From assembly GCA_963802945.1 (NCBI GenBank), contig CAWDKY010000015.1:416001-480000 (forward strand): a stretch of DNA of 64,000 bases. The letters are read 5' to 3'. Position numbers and translations under genes: made by a program. The DNA comes from an uncultured delta proteobacterium (lineage in GTDB: Bacteria; Desulfobacterota; RBG-13-43-22). Shown piece after piece: positions 39,558-48,675 of this stretch (within the stretch, counting starts at the first letter, position 1; each line of letters opens with the position of its first letter). The notes below the pieces were generated by a model that saw only the letters and a program-made list of their open reading frames with translations, was not told where the DNA came from and made no database searches.

Positions 39558-40233
39558 TTATTTATTTCTATTAAATTTCCAGCCTTTTTTAATGAATATG
39601 AAGGACCAATCTATAAAAATTATATCAGCAAAAGAGCTCAGCAATAAAATAATACTAAGGTATATAACTTTCGTTTTTGGTTGGTCTAGGCACAAGTAGC
39701 TATCATAAGGACCAATAATAGAAGGAAACAAAATCAAAATAATTATCATGGTAGAACAATTTATCTCAAACCATGGCCAAGGGATTGACTTCCTAACAAA
39801 TTTTGGATTTGTTTTTCCAATTAAATACATCGAAAAAATCCAAAAGCAGTCAACAAAAAGGAGGGTTATTATTAGTTTGAAAAAGAGATCAATATTATTA
39901 TTTTTAAAAGTCAGCGCATAAAAGTATAGAATTGACAATTCCATGATAATAAGGCTGAAATCATAACCCCAGCTGAAATTTAGGGCGTTAGGAGGATTTT
40001 CTTCTAAGGTTTTTAAATACAATAACCTACCAATGTAAAAATCTGATAATAAAAGATAATAATACAAAAAGTGGACTCCATATCATTAGAAATTTCGAGT
40101 CCAGAGATACAGGAAAACCAAGATTATAAAATAATTCAAGGCCTTTTTGAAAAGCTCCCCCTGCCAGTATAGAAATAAAAAAGGTCGTTATTATTGCTCT
40201 GCGGCCAAAAATAATCGATTTAGAATCTATCAT
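39558..40233 (-). CDS. hypothetical multi-pass membrane protein split by a +1 frameshift
   Basis: ORFs 40027-40233 and 39558-40067 join (IIRF-YIGRLL) if one base of the homopolymer near 40040 is removed; several hydrophobic segments; AT-rich. Confidence 0.7.
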
Positions 40234-41267
40234 TAAAAAAGCTTTCGTTTGACCGAAATATTAATTCTATAAGAAAATGTTTCTGGCTCTCCATCAAGAT
40301 ATTTTTTCCCTGTATAAAATTGGAATAGTTCCATCGGACCTGTATCATCAGAAACAAAAATCTCTGGAAATGGATCCACTTTTTTTAAATCACCGGCTTC
40401 TGATATTCTCAATAAATCTATACCCCGTTTTAAGCTTATTAAAATTCTATAATCGGATATGATTGTTGACGTTTTTGGATTTTCTAAACCATCTCTAAAG
40501 ATTTTTTTATCCATCGAGTTCAATTGGTCTTTATAGGCTGCCAACTCACTTCGAGGGAGTTTTCTGTTTTCAATTTGTTCCGTAAAGGTTTTGAGTTCCT
40601 TTATAAACTTATTTTTTACCTCAAATGGATCAATAATTGAAAAAAAAAGAGGAACCCCCTTAACCGTATCAAATAATTTTTGAATTTTGTTAAGTTGTCG
40701 TTTTTTCTCTTTGAGAATACAAGTAGTTATAGGATTAAAAAAAAGCTTAAACGCATATATCATTCCAGGTTGGATTGATTCTTTACAATTTATAGTCACA
40801 AAGGTAAATTTGATCTCATCCAGAATTTTAATCTCTTCCCAATCAAAAACTTCATCGTCAAAAACATTAGTTTTATATTCGGAAACAATTCCCTTATGTT
40901 CAATTCTCTGATTTTTTTTGCCAGGGTAATCTTCTTCAATGATTACTTCTGGGGGAATCCATTTTATGGATTTTGAAGGAACTTTATTATAATGGTTATT
41001 TACCTTACTTTGTGGCTCCTTAAAATCTGAGGATAAATCTTTAAGTCTTTTATTATCATCAAGAAAATAAGAAAATTCATCATATCGCCACTTCTCAATG
41101 AAGGAGTTTGGATAGATTAATATTAGCTTTTCAATTGGAGACGGAGAACAATTCTGGACAAAAAATTCCGTACGAATTTCAGAGGAACCTTGGGCAAGTA
41201 TTTTTATATCTTCGTAAGCATAAACGATATCAATTTTCGCGTATGGGGCAAATAAATAAAAACACAT
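40233..41267 (-). CDS. hypothetical protein (AT-rich island)
   Basis: 344 aa open frame, TAATG-coupled to the membrane gene; no motif recognised. Confidence 0.75.
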   Translation of the reverse strand: MCFYLFAPYAKIDIVYAYEDIKILAQGSSEIRTEFFVQNCSPSPIEKLILIYPNSFIEKWRYDEFSYFLDDNKRLKDLSSDFKEPQSKVNNHYNKVPSKSIKWIPPEVIIEEDYPGKKNQRIEHKGIVSEYKTNVFDDEVFDWEEIKILDEIKFTFVTINCKESIQPGMIYAFKLFFNPITTCILKEKKRQLNKIQKLFDTVKGVPLFFSIIDPFEVKNKFIKELKTFTEQIENRKLPRSELAAYKDQLNSMDKKIFRDGLENPKTSTIISDYRILISLKRGIDLLRISEAGDLKKVDPFPEIFVSDDTGPMELFQFYTGKKYLDGEPETFSYRINISVKRKLF

Positions 41268-41284
41268 TTTTATTTTTGAAGGAT

Positions 41285-41458
41285 TTAACGGGACATCGGA
41301 GCATTTATAATATGACCGTTCTTTGTTTTGTCCTTAATTTCACCCACAACCGTGTTTATTTCTTTATCTATTTTCTTAATACATTGTTCGTTTGACAAGC
41401 CTTCTTTCTTACAAACTTCCACTATAAAACCCTCTTTTGGCTTTTTTTCGATTAGCAT
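41285..41458 (-). CDS. small hypothetical protein (57 aa, not in the ORF track)
   Basis: AAGGAGGG RBS; MLIEKKPKEGFIVEVCKKEGLSNEQCIKKIDKEINTVVGEIKDKTKNGHIINAPMSR; ends 17 nt before the next ORF. Confidence 0.6.
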   Translation of the reverse strand: MLIEKKPKEGFIVEVCKKEGLSNEQCIKKIDKEINTVVGEIKDKTKNGHIINAPMSR

Positions 41459-41591
41459 AGTCCCTCCTTGCCATTTTTTTATAGGATCTGTTTGTTATTA
41501 CATCCTATATTATTTATCGGAAATTTTAAAAAATCCTTTAACTTTAAATAATAAAATCCCTCCTAGTTTGAAACTTATAAAATTTAAACGG

Positions 41592-41895
41592 GTCAAGTCT
41601 GCTCTTGACTCTTTCTCTCAGTTATTCAATGACACAAACTTATTATAATAAAAAAAGGCTGAATATTTATTCGTTCGAAAAAAGGATGACCTGTTCACCT
41701 ATCACTTCAACCGGCCATTTGACCGGGCAACTTACTTCAAAAAGCAAGGAAATGTTACCTTCACAAACAACGGGTGAAGAGGTGTTTAAAAAAAAGGCCC
41801 TAGGGAAATTGGGTAATAATTGGTTTATAAAGGCAAAAAAGAGGGAAGTCAAGGAAAAAGTAGAAAAAGTTCGGAGTTGTTGTTCGGAATTCCGC
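41592..41895 (-). repeat. non-coding promoter/palindrome platform, copy 1 (inverted homolog of 61665-62085)
   Basis: 41592-41619 is 27/28 identical to rc(62058-62085); 41729-41753 is identical to rc(61927-61951); TTGACT-17-TATAAA at 41852-41824. Confidence 0.85.
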
Positions 41896-42033
41896 CTTGG
41901 GGTAACCAAAGACTTGGAGGGACAACCTATTTATTTTGTAAAATATTTCTTGATTTTTAACTTCCGATATTTTAGGTTATATTATGAAATATTATGTTTT
42001 ATTAAGAAATGGCGGACTTGGGGAGATAATGCA

Positions 42034-42255
42034 ATGCCTAAGTGGATGACGGTAAGGCAGATAGCTGAATATTTACAAATGAGTGATGATAAAATCTATG
42101 ACATGGCTCAAAAAAGAGAACTCCCCGGTTCAAAGGTGCGCATTCAATGGCGATTTGACCAGGATGAAATTGATTTATGGATGAGAGCCCAACGTCCGGC
42201 GGCCGGCATCACGTTACAGAAAAACAATAAAAAGTTAAAAAGGAATGTTAAATGA
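42034..42255 (+). CDS. excisionase-like (MerR-type/HTH_17) helix-turn-helix protein
   Basis: MPKWMTVRQIAEYLQMSDDKIYDMAQKRELPGSKVRIQWRF; GGGAG RBS; ATGA-coupled to the MTase. Confidence 0.88.
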   Translation: MPKWMTVRQIAEYLQMSDDKIYDMAQKRELPGSKVRIQWRFDQDEIDLWMRAQRPAAGITLQKNNKKLKRNVK

Positions 42256-43643
42256 AAATTTCACAAAATAAGAACAAGTCAGGCCATGATATTGCCGGAG
42301 TCTTATCATCCAACATGTATCACCATTTATTTCCCAAACACCTTGAACTTGTTCCGCAACTAAGCGAGGTGTATGAGCTCCAGTTGGCTTTTTATGAGAG
42401 TCAGATTCTTAAAGATGAAGAACTTATTAGAAATGGAGCATATTTTGCCAGCGTTGATAATAAGTTTACGCGTCATTTTCTAATGTGCAGCGGGGAACCA
42501 GTTCAATTGCCACAGCACTCATCATCAAGGTTACGTTCCTTTTTCCAAACCAACCAGTTTAAGACCGGATATGGAACCCATGGTTTATTCCCTTACCGTG
42601 GAAAGTTCCACCCTCAAATGATTAAAGGGCTAATCAATATAATGGGACTAAAACCGGGAGATACTATTCTCGATCCAATGATGGGTTCTGGAACCGTTCT
42701 AATTGAAGCGCGATTAATGGGAATTAAGTCGGTTGGTATTGATGCCAGCCCATTTTGCCGGTTTATGGTCCAGGCGAAAATAGACGGTCTCACTGTTCCT
42801 CTCCCCCCAATCCGGGCGGCCTTGAAAAAATCTCGGGAAGTTTTCGAACATTTTAAAGCTTTGGCTGGGCAACCGAAACAAGGGAAAAAGATGCGGGTTG
42901 AACCGGTCTATGGAGAGTTGTTTTCCCTTATGGAACCCATGGCCGACTATGTGCCAGGTCCGGCAGGGGACAGTAATCTCCCAGAAGGATGTGAGGCCAA
43001 AGAAGTTTATAATTTTCTTCTTTTGGCTTACTTGGACAGTGCCGGTTATTCAGAAAGGAGTAATCGAAAATCCCCATATGATCAATTCAAGGCCATCCTA
43101 GAACGGTATCTTTTTGTTTCCGAAAAAATCCAGAAGGTTTTGCTTGGGGTTGAAAGCGAACTGGCCGAGGCGAAACCTTTAGCGGGTGATGCCCGATCTT
43201 TAAATTTTCCTGATTCAAGTATAGACGGCATTTTATTTTCCCCCCCTTACAGCTTTGCCATTGATTATTTAGAGAATGATTCTTTCCATTTGAACTTTTT
43301 AGGGGTGGATATCGACAAGTTAAGAGAAGAAATGGTCGGTCTTCGTGGGAGAACTCTCCGCCAGAAATTTGATAATTACAAATTAGATATGGAAAAGATT
43401 CTTTCCGAATGCAGCCGGGTGTTACGTCCCGGTCGAATCTGTACTATTGTCGTTGGAACCAATAATAATCAGCTAAGCAAAATTCTCGGAATATCTCCTG
43501 ATCATGTCCAAGGGATTGACGAATTGTTTATTGAACTTGGTGTCAACCATGGTCTTCATCTTGTCCGAAAAATTAGTCGGCAAATTACCGGGATGGCCAA
43601 TACCATGAGGACTGAATATATCGTCATGTTACAACGCCGGTAG
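42252..43643 (+). CDS. DNA amino-methyltransferase (probably N4-cytosine)
   Basis: HGLFPYRGKFHPQ, motif I DPMMGSGT, motif IV FSPPY, RVLRPG. Confidence 0.85.
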   Translation: MKISQNKNKSGHDIAGVLSSNMYHHLFPKHLELVPQLSEVYELQLAFYESQILKDEELIRNGAYFASVDNKFTRHFLMCSGEPVQLPQHSSSRLRSFFQTNQFKTGYGTHGLFPYRGKFHPQMIKGLINIMGLKPGDTILDPMMGSGTVLIEARLMGIKSVGIDASPFCRFMVQAKIDGLTVPLPPIRAALKKSREVFEHFKALAGQPKQGKKMRVEPVYGELFSLMEPMADYVPGPAGDSNLPEGCEAKEVYNFLLLAYLDSAGYSERSNRKSPYDQFKAILERYLFVSEKIQKVLLGVESELAEAKPLAGDARSLNFPDSSIDGILFSPPYSFAIDYLENDSFHLNFLGVDIDKLREEMVGLRGRTLRQKFDNYKLDMEKILSECSRVLRPGRICTIVVGTNNNQLSKILGISPDHVQGIDELFIELGVNHGLHLVRKISRQITGMANTMRTEYIVMLQRR

Positions 43644-43647
43644 CTAT

Positions 43648-44256
43648 TTACTGCATGGCCCGACCGTCGGTTCCCTTAGGGATGCGGGGGACGGACAGGC
43701 TGACGGCATCATGTTCAATGGCAATAACAGCGAGTAACCCTTCTTCGACTTTCAAAGCCTTCCAAAGAGGAAAATAGGGCTCCAGTTCAGGGAAGTTTCC
43801 AATTCGATCAGTGAGGTATTTGTACATATTCCTCGTTGGGAGGATCAATACTCCACCTATGAGGACTTTTTTAAGAATCCCAAGGGCCATCTTGTTCACT
43901 GCCCGGTGGCTGGAGGATATATTTCCGGTCTCCCATTCAACACAAAAAAGTCGATTTCCAACAGGATAGGTAGCATCCATCGGCCCTGGTTTTTTTAAGG
44001 TGGCAATATCAACATGTGTTTCAAGCCCCCAACCCAAAGATTTCAGATGTAGCATGCAGGCATCCTTTATCGGCTTAACCCCATTTCCTTCCCCTCTGCC
44101 TTTTCCTGGTTGATCATATAGAGTAAATGAGTCGGAATCGAGTGGCCATCGGATGGTCTTAATTGCTTGTAAGATTTGCCCTTCAATCGTCTTCCATTCT
44201 TTGGTAGCCGAGAATTCTCCGGCGTCAATAAGTCGCTCCACTTGTATAATTTTCAT
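43648..44256 (-). CDS. BamHI-family type II restriction endonuclease
   Basis: NGVKPIK, GPMD...VEWETGNISSSHRAVNKM, LTDRIGNFPELEPY match BamHI conserved segments. Confidence 0.88.
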   Translation of the reverse strand: MKIIQVERLIDAGEFSATKEWKTIEGQILQAIKTIRWPLDSDSFTLYDQPGKGRGEGNGVKPIKDACMLHLKSLGWGLETHVDIATLKKPGPMDATYPVGNRLFCVEWETGNISSSHRAVNKMALGILKKVLIGGVLILPTRNMYKYLTDRIGNFPELEPYFPLWKALKVEEGLLAVIAIEHDAVSLSVPRIPKGTDGRAMQ

Positions 44257-44519
44257 CAGTCACGTCTCCTTTCCAAATAATCGTCTTTCAGCAATTTCTT
44301 GGCTTGAATTTCAATGTGTTGAAGAAGATCCGAGGGGTTGATCTTGAGTGATTTAGATAATTGAAAGATCGTTCTAAGGGTTGGATTTTTTTGACCACGT
44401 TCAAGAAGACTTATATATGTCCGATGGTAACCACTCTCATCGGCTAGGCGCTCTTGAGAAAAACCTTTTTCCAAGCGAATTTTTTTAAGGACCTGACCGA
44501 ATATGTTTTCCAGAGTCAA
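44256..44519 (-). CDS. XRE-family R-M controller (C) protein
   Basis: FGQVLKKIRLEKGFSQERLA...HRTYISLLERGQKNPTL; TGATG-coupled to the REase. Confidence 0.88.
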   Translation of the reverse strand: MTLENIFGQVLKKIRLEKGFSQERLADESGYHRTYISLLERGQKNPTLRTIFQLSKSLKINPSDLLQHIEIQAKKLLKDDYLERRRD

Positions 44520-44574
44520 GGGAACCCTCCTCGTAAGTGTAAATTGTTATTCTGTCGAATGTTAAGTTTTTGCA

Positions 44575-44599
44575 GATTATATGTCTACAGACTATAGTA
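44575..44599 (-). promoter_or_regulatory. C-box operator
   Basis: Minus strand TACTATAGTC-TGTA-GACATATAATC resembles the tandem GACT-TAT-AGTC C-box. Confidence 0.7.
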
Positions 44600-44778
44600 T
44601 TCACTTAAAACTAGACTTACTGATCTTTAATTGTTTAGAGTGAGAAAAAGAGGAAACGTTTTACGTAGCCGAACTTTGAGGAATGGGTATTTATTAGGAG
44701 GGAGTCAAAAAAAGAAAGATCGGAGTTGAAAGTTCAGAGAAAAAGATAACAAATGAAATGTGACAATATATGCTTAAG

Positions 44779-46380
44779 TCAAGTCACAAAGAAATCCGCC
44801 TTATTATTATGCGTCCAGTACCAAAGGAAGCCATGTTCCTCTTGTTTGACTTTGATATAGCCGGCATCCCAAAAATGTTTTAAGGTCTTGTGGATCAGTT
44901 GGCTATCGAAGCCGGTCGCTTCTTCCATCTTTCTACACAGCAGATCAAACGTAGTTTCAGGCCCGCCGTTTGGCGAATCCATCACAAAGGCCCCGCAGGC
45001 TTCTAACAGGTCTTCTGAAAGGATCTTATAGACCAGCTGCATCCTGAAATGTCCCGCCACCCTTAAATTATCCTCGGGGGTATTGGTGTTATCATGATAC
45101 CCTTGAACCTGTTTTTCCCATGCCTCCTGAATTTCCTGGTCAAATTCAGCCACGAATTGATTCATAGCTTCAGGGGTTAGGGCTGATGTCCTGACTATGG
45201 CACTGTTGGCATCATAATGGGCCCAGTCATCCGTTAGGATTTCAAGATCGTACTGATCAATCTGTTCTCTGACCGTTGTACCGGGGAAAGGGGCCAAAAA
45301 ATGATATCCGAAGATCATGTCGAGACTCTTTGAAAAGGCCGCCGTATCTTTCAAGGTTTCAGGCGTTTCTCCCGGCAGGCCGACCATGAAAGAGGCGTGA
45401 GGCAAGATCCCTACTTCTTTACAAAGGCTGACGGCCTTTCTGGCCTGATCGAGAGTGATCCCTTTTTTAACGCGCTTCAACATGTCCGGGTTTCCAGATT
45501 CAATGCCGAAACTGACACAATCACATCCGGTCTCCCGCATCAACTGCAGGGTCTCTTTGTCCACGGTGTTGACCCGCGAAAAGGCCGTCCAGCTAAAGGA
45601 AAGCTTCCGCCTGCGAATTTCTTCACAGACCTCATGAACTTTTCCCTTGTCGGAGGTAAACAGGTCGTCGGCCAGGTTGATCCGGGAAAAACCATAAGAC
45701 AGAATCTGTTCGATTTCATCCACGACCAGAGAGGCCTTTCGGGAGCGGGCCTTGCTACCCACCATTTTTCTGCCCTGGCAAAAAATGCAGGAATAGGGAC
45801 AGCCCCGGCCGGTGATCATGGAAACCGGAAATCCGAGGGCTTGATAACGGGACATGGGCAGCAGATGCCGCGCCGGCATGGGAAGTGTGTTCAAATCTTG
45901 GATCAGCTCCCGCTTCCCGGTTTGAATGATCTTTCCGTTTTCCCGGAAGGCGATACCGTAGATGTCCGACCGATTCCCCTGACCTTGAAAATGATCTATT
46001 AATTCTGATATGGTTTTTTCCCCCTCGCCGATAACCAGGATGTCGATTTCAGGGTAGGTTTTCATGGTATTGACGACATCAAAGGATACGTGAGGTCCGC
46101 CCATCATGGTGATCAAGGAAGGATCGATTTTTTTGGCTGTTTGGACTATGCCGGCCGCTAATGGAAAATTCATGGTCACCGAGGTGGCCCCCAATATACG
46201 AGGTTGGAATTCCTTAAGCTCTCGCTGCAACTTTTCCGGGGTATATCGGGACACGATGAAGTCAATGACTTTCACTTCCGCCCCCGCCTGCTCAAAGGCC
46301 GAGGCGACGTAGGACACACCCAGCGGCGGTGAAGGGGCTTCTTCCAGAGGATACGGGGGGGCGACAATGGCGACTCTCAT
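44779..46380 (-). CDS. B12-binding domain radical SAM protein
   Basis: PPLG, GGPH, GEGE, RGCPYSCIFC, FGIESG. Confidence 0.9.
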   Translation of the reverse strand: MRVAIVAPPYPLEEAPSPPLGVSYVASAFEQAGAEVKVIDFIVSRYTPEKLQRELKEFQPRILGATSVTMNFPLAAGIVQTAKKIDPSLITMMGGPHVSFDVVNTMKTYPEIDILVIGEGEKTISELIDHFQGQGNRSDIYGIAFRENGKIIQTGKRELIQDLNTLPMPARHLLPMSRYQALGFPVSMITGRGCPYSCIFCQGRKMVGSKARSRKASLVVDEIEQILSYGFSRINLADDLFTSDKGKVHEVCEEIRRRKLSFSWTAFSRVNTVDKETLQLMRETGCDCVSFGIESGNPDMLKRVKKGITLDQARKAVSLCKEVGILPHASFMVGLPGETPETLKDTAAFSKSLDMIFGYHFLAPFPGTTVREQIDQYDLEILTDDWAHYDANSAIVRTSALTPEAMNQFVAEFDQEIQEAWEKQVQGYHDNTNTPEDNLRVAGHFRMQLVYKILSEDLLEACGAFVMDSPNGGPETTFDLLCRKMEEATGFDSQLIHKTLKHFWDAGYIKVKQEEHGFLWYWTHNNKADFFVT

Positions 46381-46386
46381 CGGAGG

Positions 46387-47109
46387 TTAATCCCCTTTCC
46401 TCGGGAATATCATGGATCGCAGCCATCCCCAAAGGGTATTGCCTTTGAGATTGTTCTTTTCCTTCTCTTTAACCTCGGCCGTAAGGTGGGATATGATCGT
46501 AAACCAATCTTCCCGGGTCTGCATGGGTCTGTCCGTATCGAGCTGTTTCAGGATGACGGCCGGATTACCGGCTGCGATCACATTGGGCGGGATATCCTTC
46601 ACAACCACAGCACCGGCTCCGATAATACTGTTGTCCCCAATGGTAACCCCCTTACAGACAATGGCGCTGTCCCCGATCCAGACATTGTTTCCTATCCTTA
46701 CCGGGGAAGACTGTCCCACAAACATGCTTCGATCATAGAGGTCATGCCAGTCCGCATCGGTGACATAGGCGCGATTGGCCAGCATACAATTGTCCCCGAT
46801 ATTAATTTCCGTGGCCGCACTGATCCGGACCCCGGCGCATATCAAACAATATTTTCCTATAGTGATACTCCCTTCTCCTGTCCTGTTAGACCAAACCGTC
46901 AATCTAACCTTATTGTCTGATGTGGCTATGATATTGGCATAATCACCCAGAGAGATAGGACCGCCATTCACTTCAACACACCAAGGCTTCATGATGGTCG
47001 TGTCCTTGCCTAACTCCTCAAATTGAGGGCGCAGGAAATGATTTACATACCATACTTCAAACCGGTGGCTCAGACGTTTGATGCTATAAGGACGATGATC
47101 TCTTTTCAA
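46387..47109 (-). CDS. hexapeptide-repeat acyltransferase
   Basis: DADWH, IGNNVWIG, GVTIGDNSIIGAGAVV, AGNPA. Confidence 0.9.
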   Translation of the reverse strand: MKRDHRPYSIKRLSHRFEVWYVNHFLRPQFEELGKDTTIMKPWCVEVNGGPISLGDYANIIATSDNKVRLTVWSNRTGEGSITIGKYCLICAGVRISAATEINIGDNCMLANRAYVTDADWHDLYDRSMFVGQSSPVRIGNNVWIGDSAIVCKGVTIGDNSIIGAGAVVVKDIPPNVIAAGNPAVILKQLDTDRPMQTREDWFTIISHLTAEVKEKEKNNLKGNTLWGWLRSMIFPRKGD

Positions 47110-47156
47110 CGGATATCTACCTTGTTTATTTCAGGAGGTCTTTGAAAATCGGGGGC

Positions 47157-48248
47157 CTATATTCTCTGTATTTGTTCGTGGCCAACGGAAGGCAAGTCCG
47201 GGGCAAGGGATTCTTCGGCTTCCCTGGTGTTCCAGAAACTATGACTGAATAGTCGGCTGGCCGGTGTCAACTCATTAAGTGCATCATAGGCCAGAAGCAC
47301 GGCAGCGGCCGTCCAGGATGTCTTTTCCTCGGGCCAGATGACTCCATCGGGAAAGGTCACTCCCATCCAATAGGAACCATCATCGAATTTCTTGTCCCTG
47401 AGCCAGCTGAAAACCGTTTCTGCCCGATTGTAGTCGCCAATAGCCGCTAGGGCTATTACCAGTTCGGATGTCTCGGCCATGGTGACCCAGGGCCGGTCGG
47501 AAACACACCGAACCCCCCACTCTGGCACGGTAAATTTATCCCAGAATTTATCCATCCTTTTTCTGGCCTCCATCCCAGTAACGGCGCCGCAAAGAACGGG
47601 GTAGTACCAATCCATAGAATAGCGGGATTTGATCATATTAAAATAATCGGGTTTATTCCTGATGGCGTCTCCCAATTTTTGGAGGGCCTTATCCCAACTC
47701 GGCAGAGATTTATCCAATAGTGAGGCCATGGAAAGGGCACACTTGAGGCTCATATAGATAGAGCTGGAACCCGTTAACAGCGCCATGGGATCGATAATCC
47801 CCTTGCTGTTTTTCGCCCAGTAAATCTCCCCGGTGGGCGCCTGCAGATTGAGAGCGAAATTAATACCGGCTTTTACTGTCGGCCACATGTGTCTGAGGAA
47901 GGCTTTATCCCCGGTAAGTAAATAATAATGGAAAACACCGACGGCTATATAAGAGGCCATGTTGGACTCTCTGGTGGTATCTTCAGGAAGGCCGTTACGT
48001 GTGGCTGACCACCAACTCCCGTCTTTGAGTTGTGTCTTTAACATCCAGTCATAGGCCAGGGCCGCTTCCTTTAAATACCCGGCAACACTAAGGCCCATGG
48101 CACTTTCCACATGATCCCAGGGATCTGTTTTCCCATTTAAAGACCAGGGAATTTCACCATTCTCTTTTTGAATCCCCGCTATAAAGGCTGCCATTTTCTC
48201 AATATCAACGGGTGGTTCCGAAATACTTCTGGAGACAATGAGTTCCAT
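47157..48248 (-). CDS. prenyltransferase/squalene-cyclase-like (alpha/alpha barrel) protein
   Basis: Q..NGEIPW, DPWDHVESAMGL, Q..DGSW, LLTGSSSIY, SMDWYYP, GVRCV. Confidence 0.75.
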   Translation of the reverse strand: MELIVSRSISEPPVDIEKMAAFIAGIQKENGEIPWSLNGKTDPWDHVESAMGLSVAGYLKEAALAYDWMLKTQLKDGSWWSATRNGLPEDTTRESNMASYIAVGVFHYYLLTGDKAFLRHMWPTVKAGINFALNLQAPTGEIYWAKNSKGIIDPMALLTGSSSIYMSLKCALSMASLLDKSLPSWDKALQKLGDAIRNKPDYFNMIKSRYSMDWYYPVLCGAVTGMEARKRMDKFWDKFTVPEWGVRCVSDRPWVTMAETSELVIALAAIGDYNRAETVFSWLRDKKFDDGSYWMGVTFPDGVIWPEEKTSWTAAAVLLAYDALNELTPASRLFSHSFWNTREAEESLAPDLPSVGHEQIQRI

Positions 48249-48251
48249 TTT

Positions 48252-48366
48252 CCTAATCCGTTTCTGCACTGGAGAACGATGCCCTTCGCCAATAAAGGGC
48301 TTGAATTGCTATCCGGCATTCTGGTAAATCAAGGGTGATTTATGACATCCCATTCAAAAAATTTTT
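48252..48366 (-). pseudogene. possible C-terminal remnant of a class I SAM methyltransferase
   Basis: KFFEWDVINHP*FTRMPDSNSSPLLAKGIVLQCRK resembles the end of MTases that, from recall, precede this prenyltransferase family. Confidence 0.4.
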
Positions 48367-48548
48367 ATTATAAATTATTTTTTATTTTTTATCAATTAAT
48401 TAATAAGAATAGGGTGTAAAATTGAAGGGAAGCCTGATTGAGTAAAAAACCGTCCTGGTTTTTATGCAACCTATGGAGCAAATTTCAGATGAAAAAACCG
48501 ATCCCATTTACTTTTTATTAAACCTTCATGCCCCAGAGGGGCACCACG

Positions 48549-48672
48549 AAAAAAGGATTCAAGGGGTCAAGGACGCAGGGCGGCTGGGAAGGCGTGGAAG
48601 TAGAATCACTTGAACGGCTCGGTTGCACTCGTCGCAGGCCCTGAAATCCTCAAACCCTGGAATCCTATTTTC
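48549..48672. repeat. dispersed intergenic repeat family, copy 2
   Basis: AAAAAAGGATTCAAGGGGTCAAGGACGCAGGGCGG...GGCGTGGAAGTA shared with 8401; CTCGTCGCAGGCCC shared with 57419. Confidence 0.75.
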
Positions 48673-48675
48673 GTG

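Noticed and set aside
41605-42033. N-terminal extension of the 216-aa ORF
   Set aside because: It reads through the non-coding platform repeat; the HTH protein most plausibly starts at ATG 42034 after a GGGAG RBS
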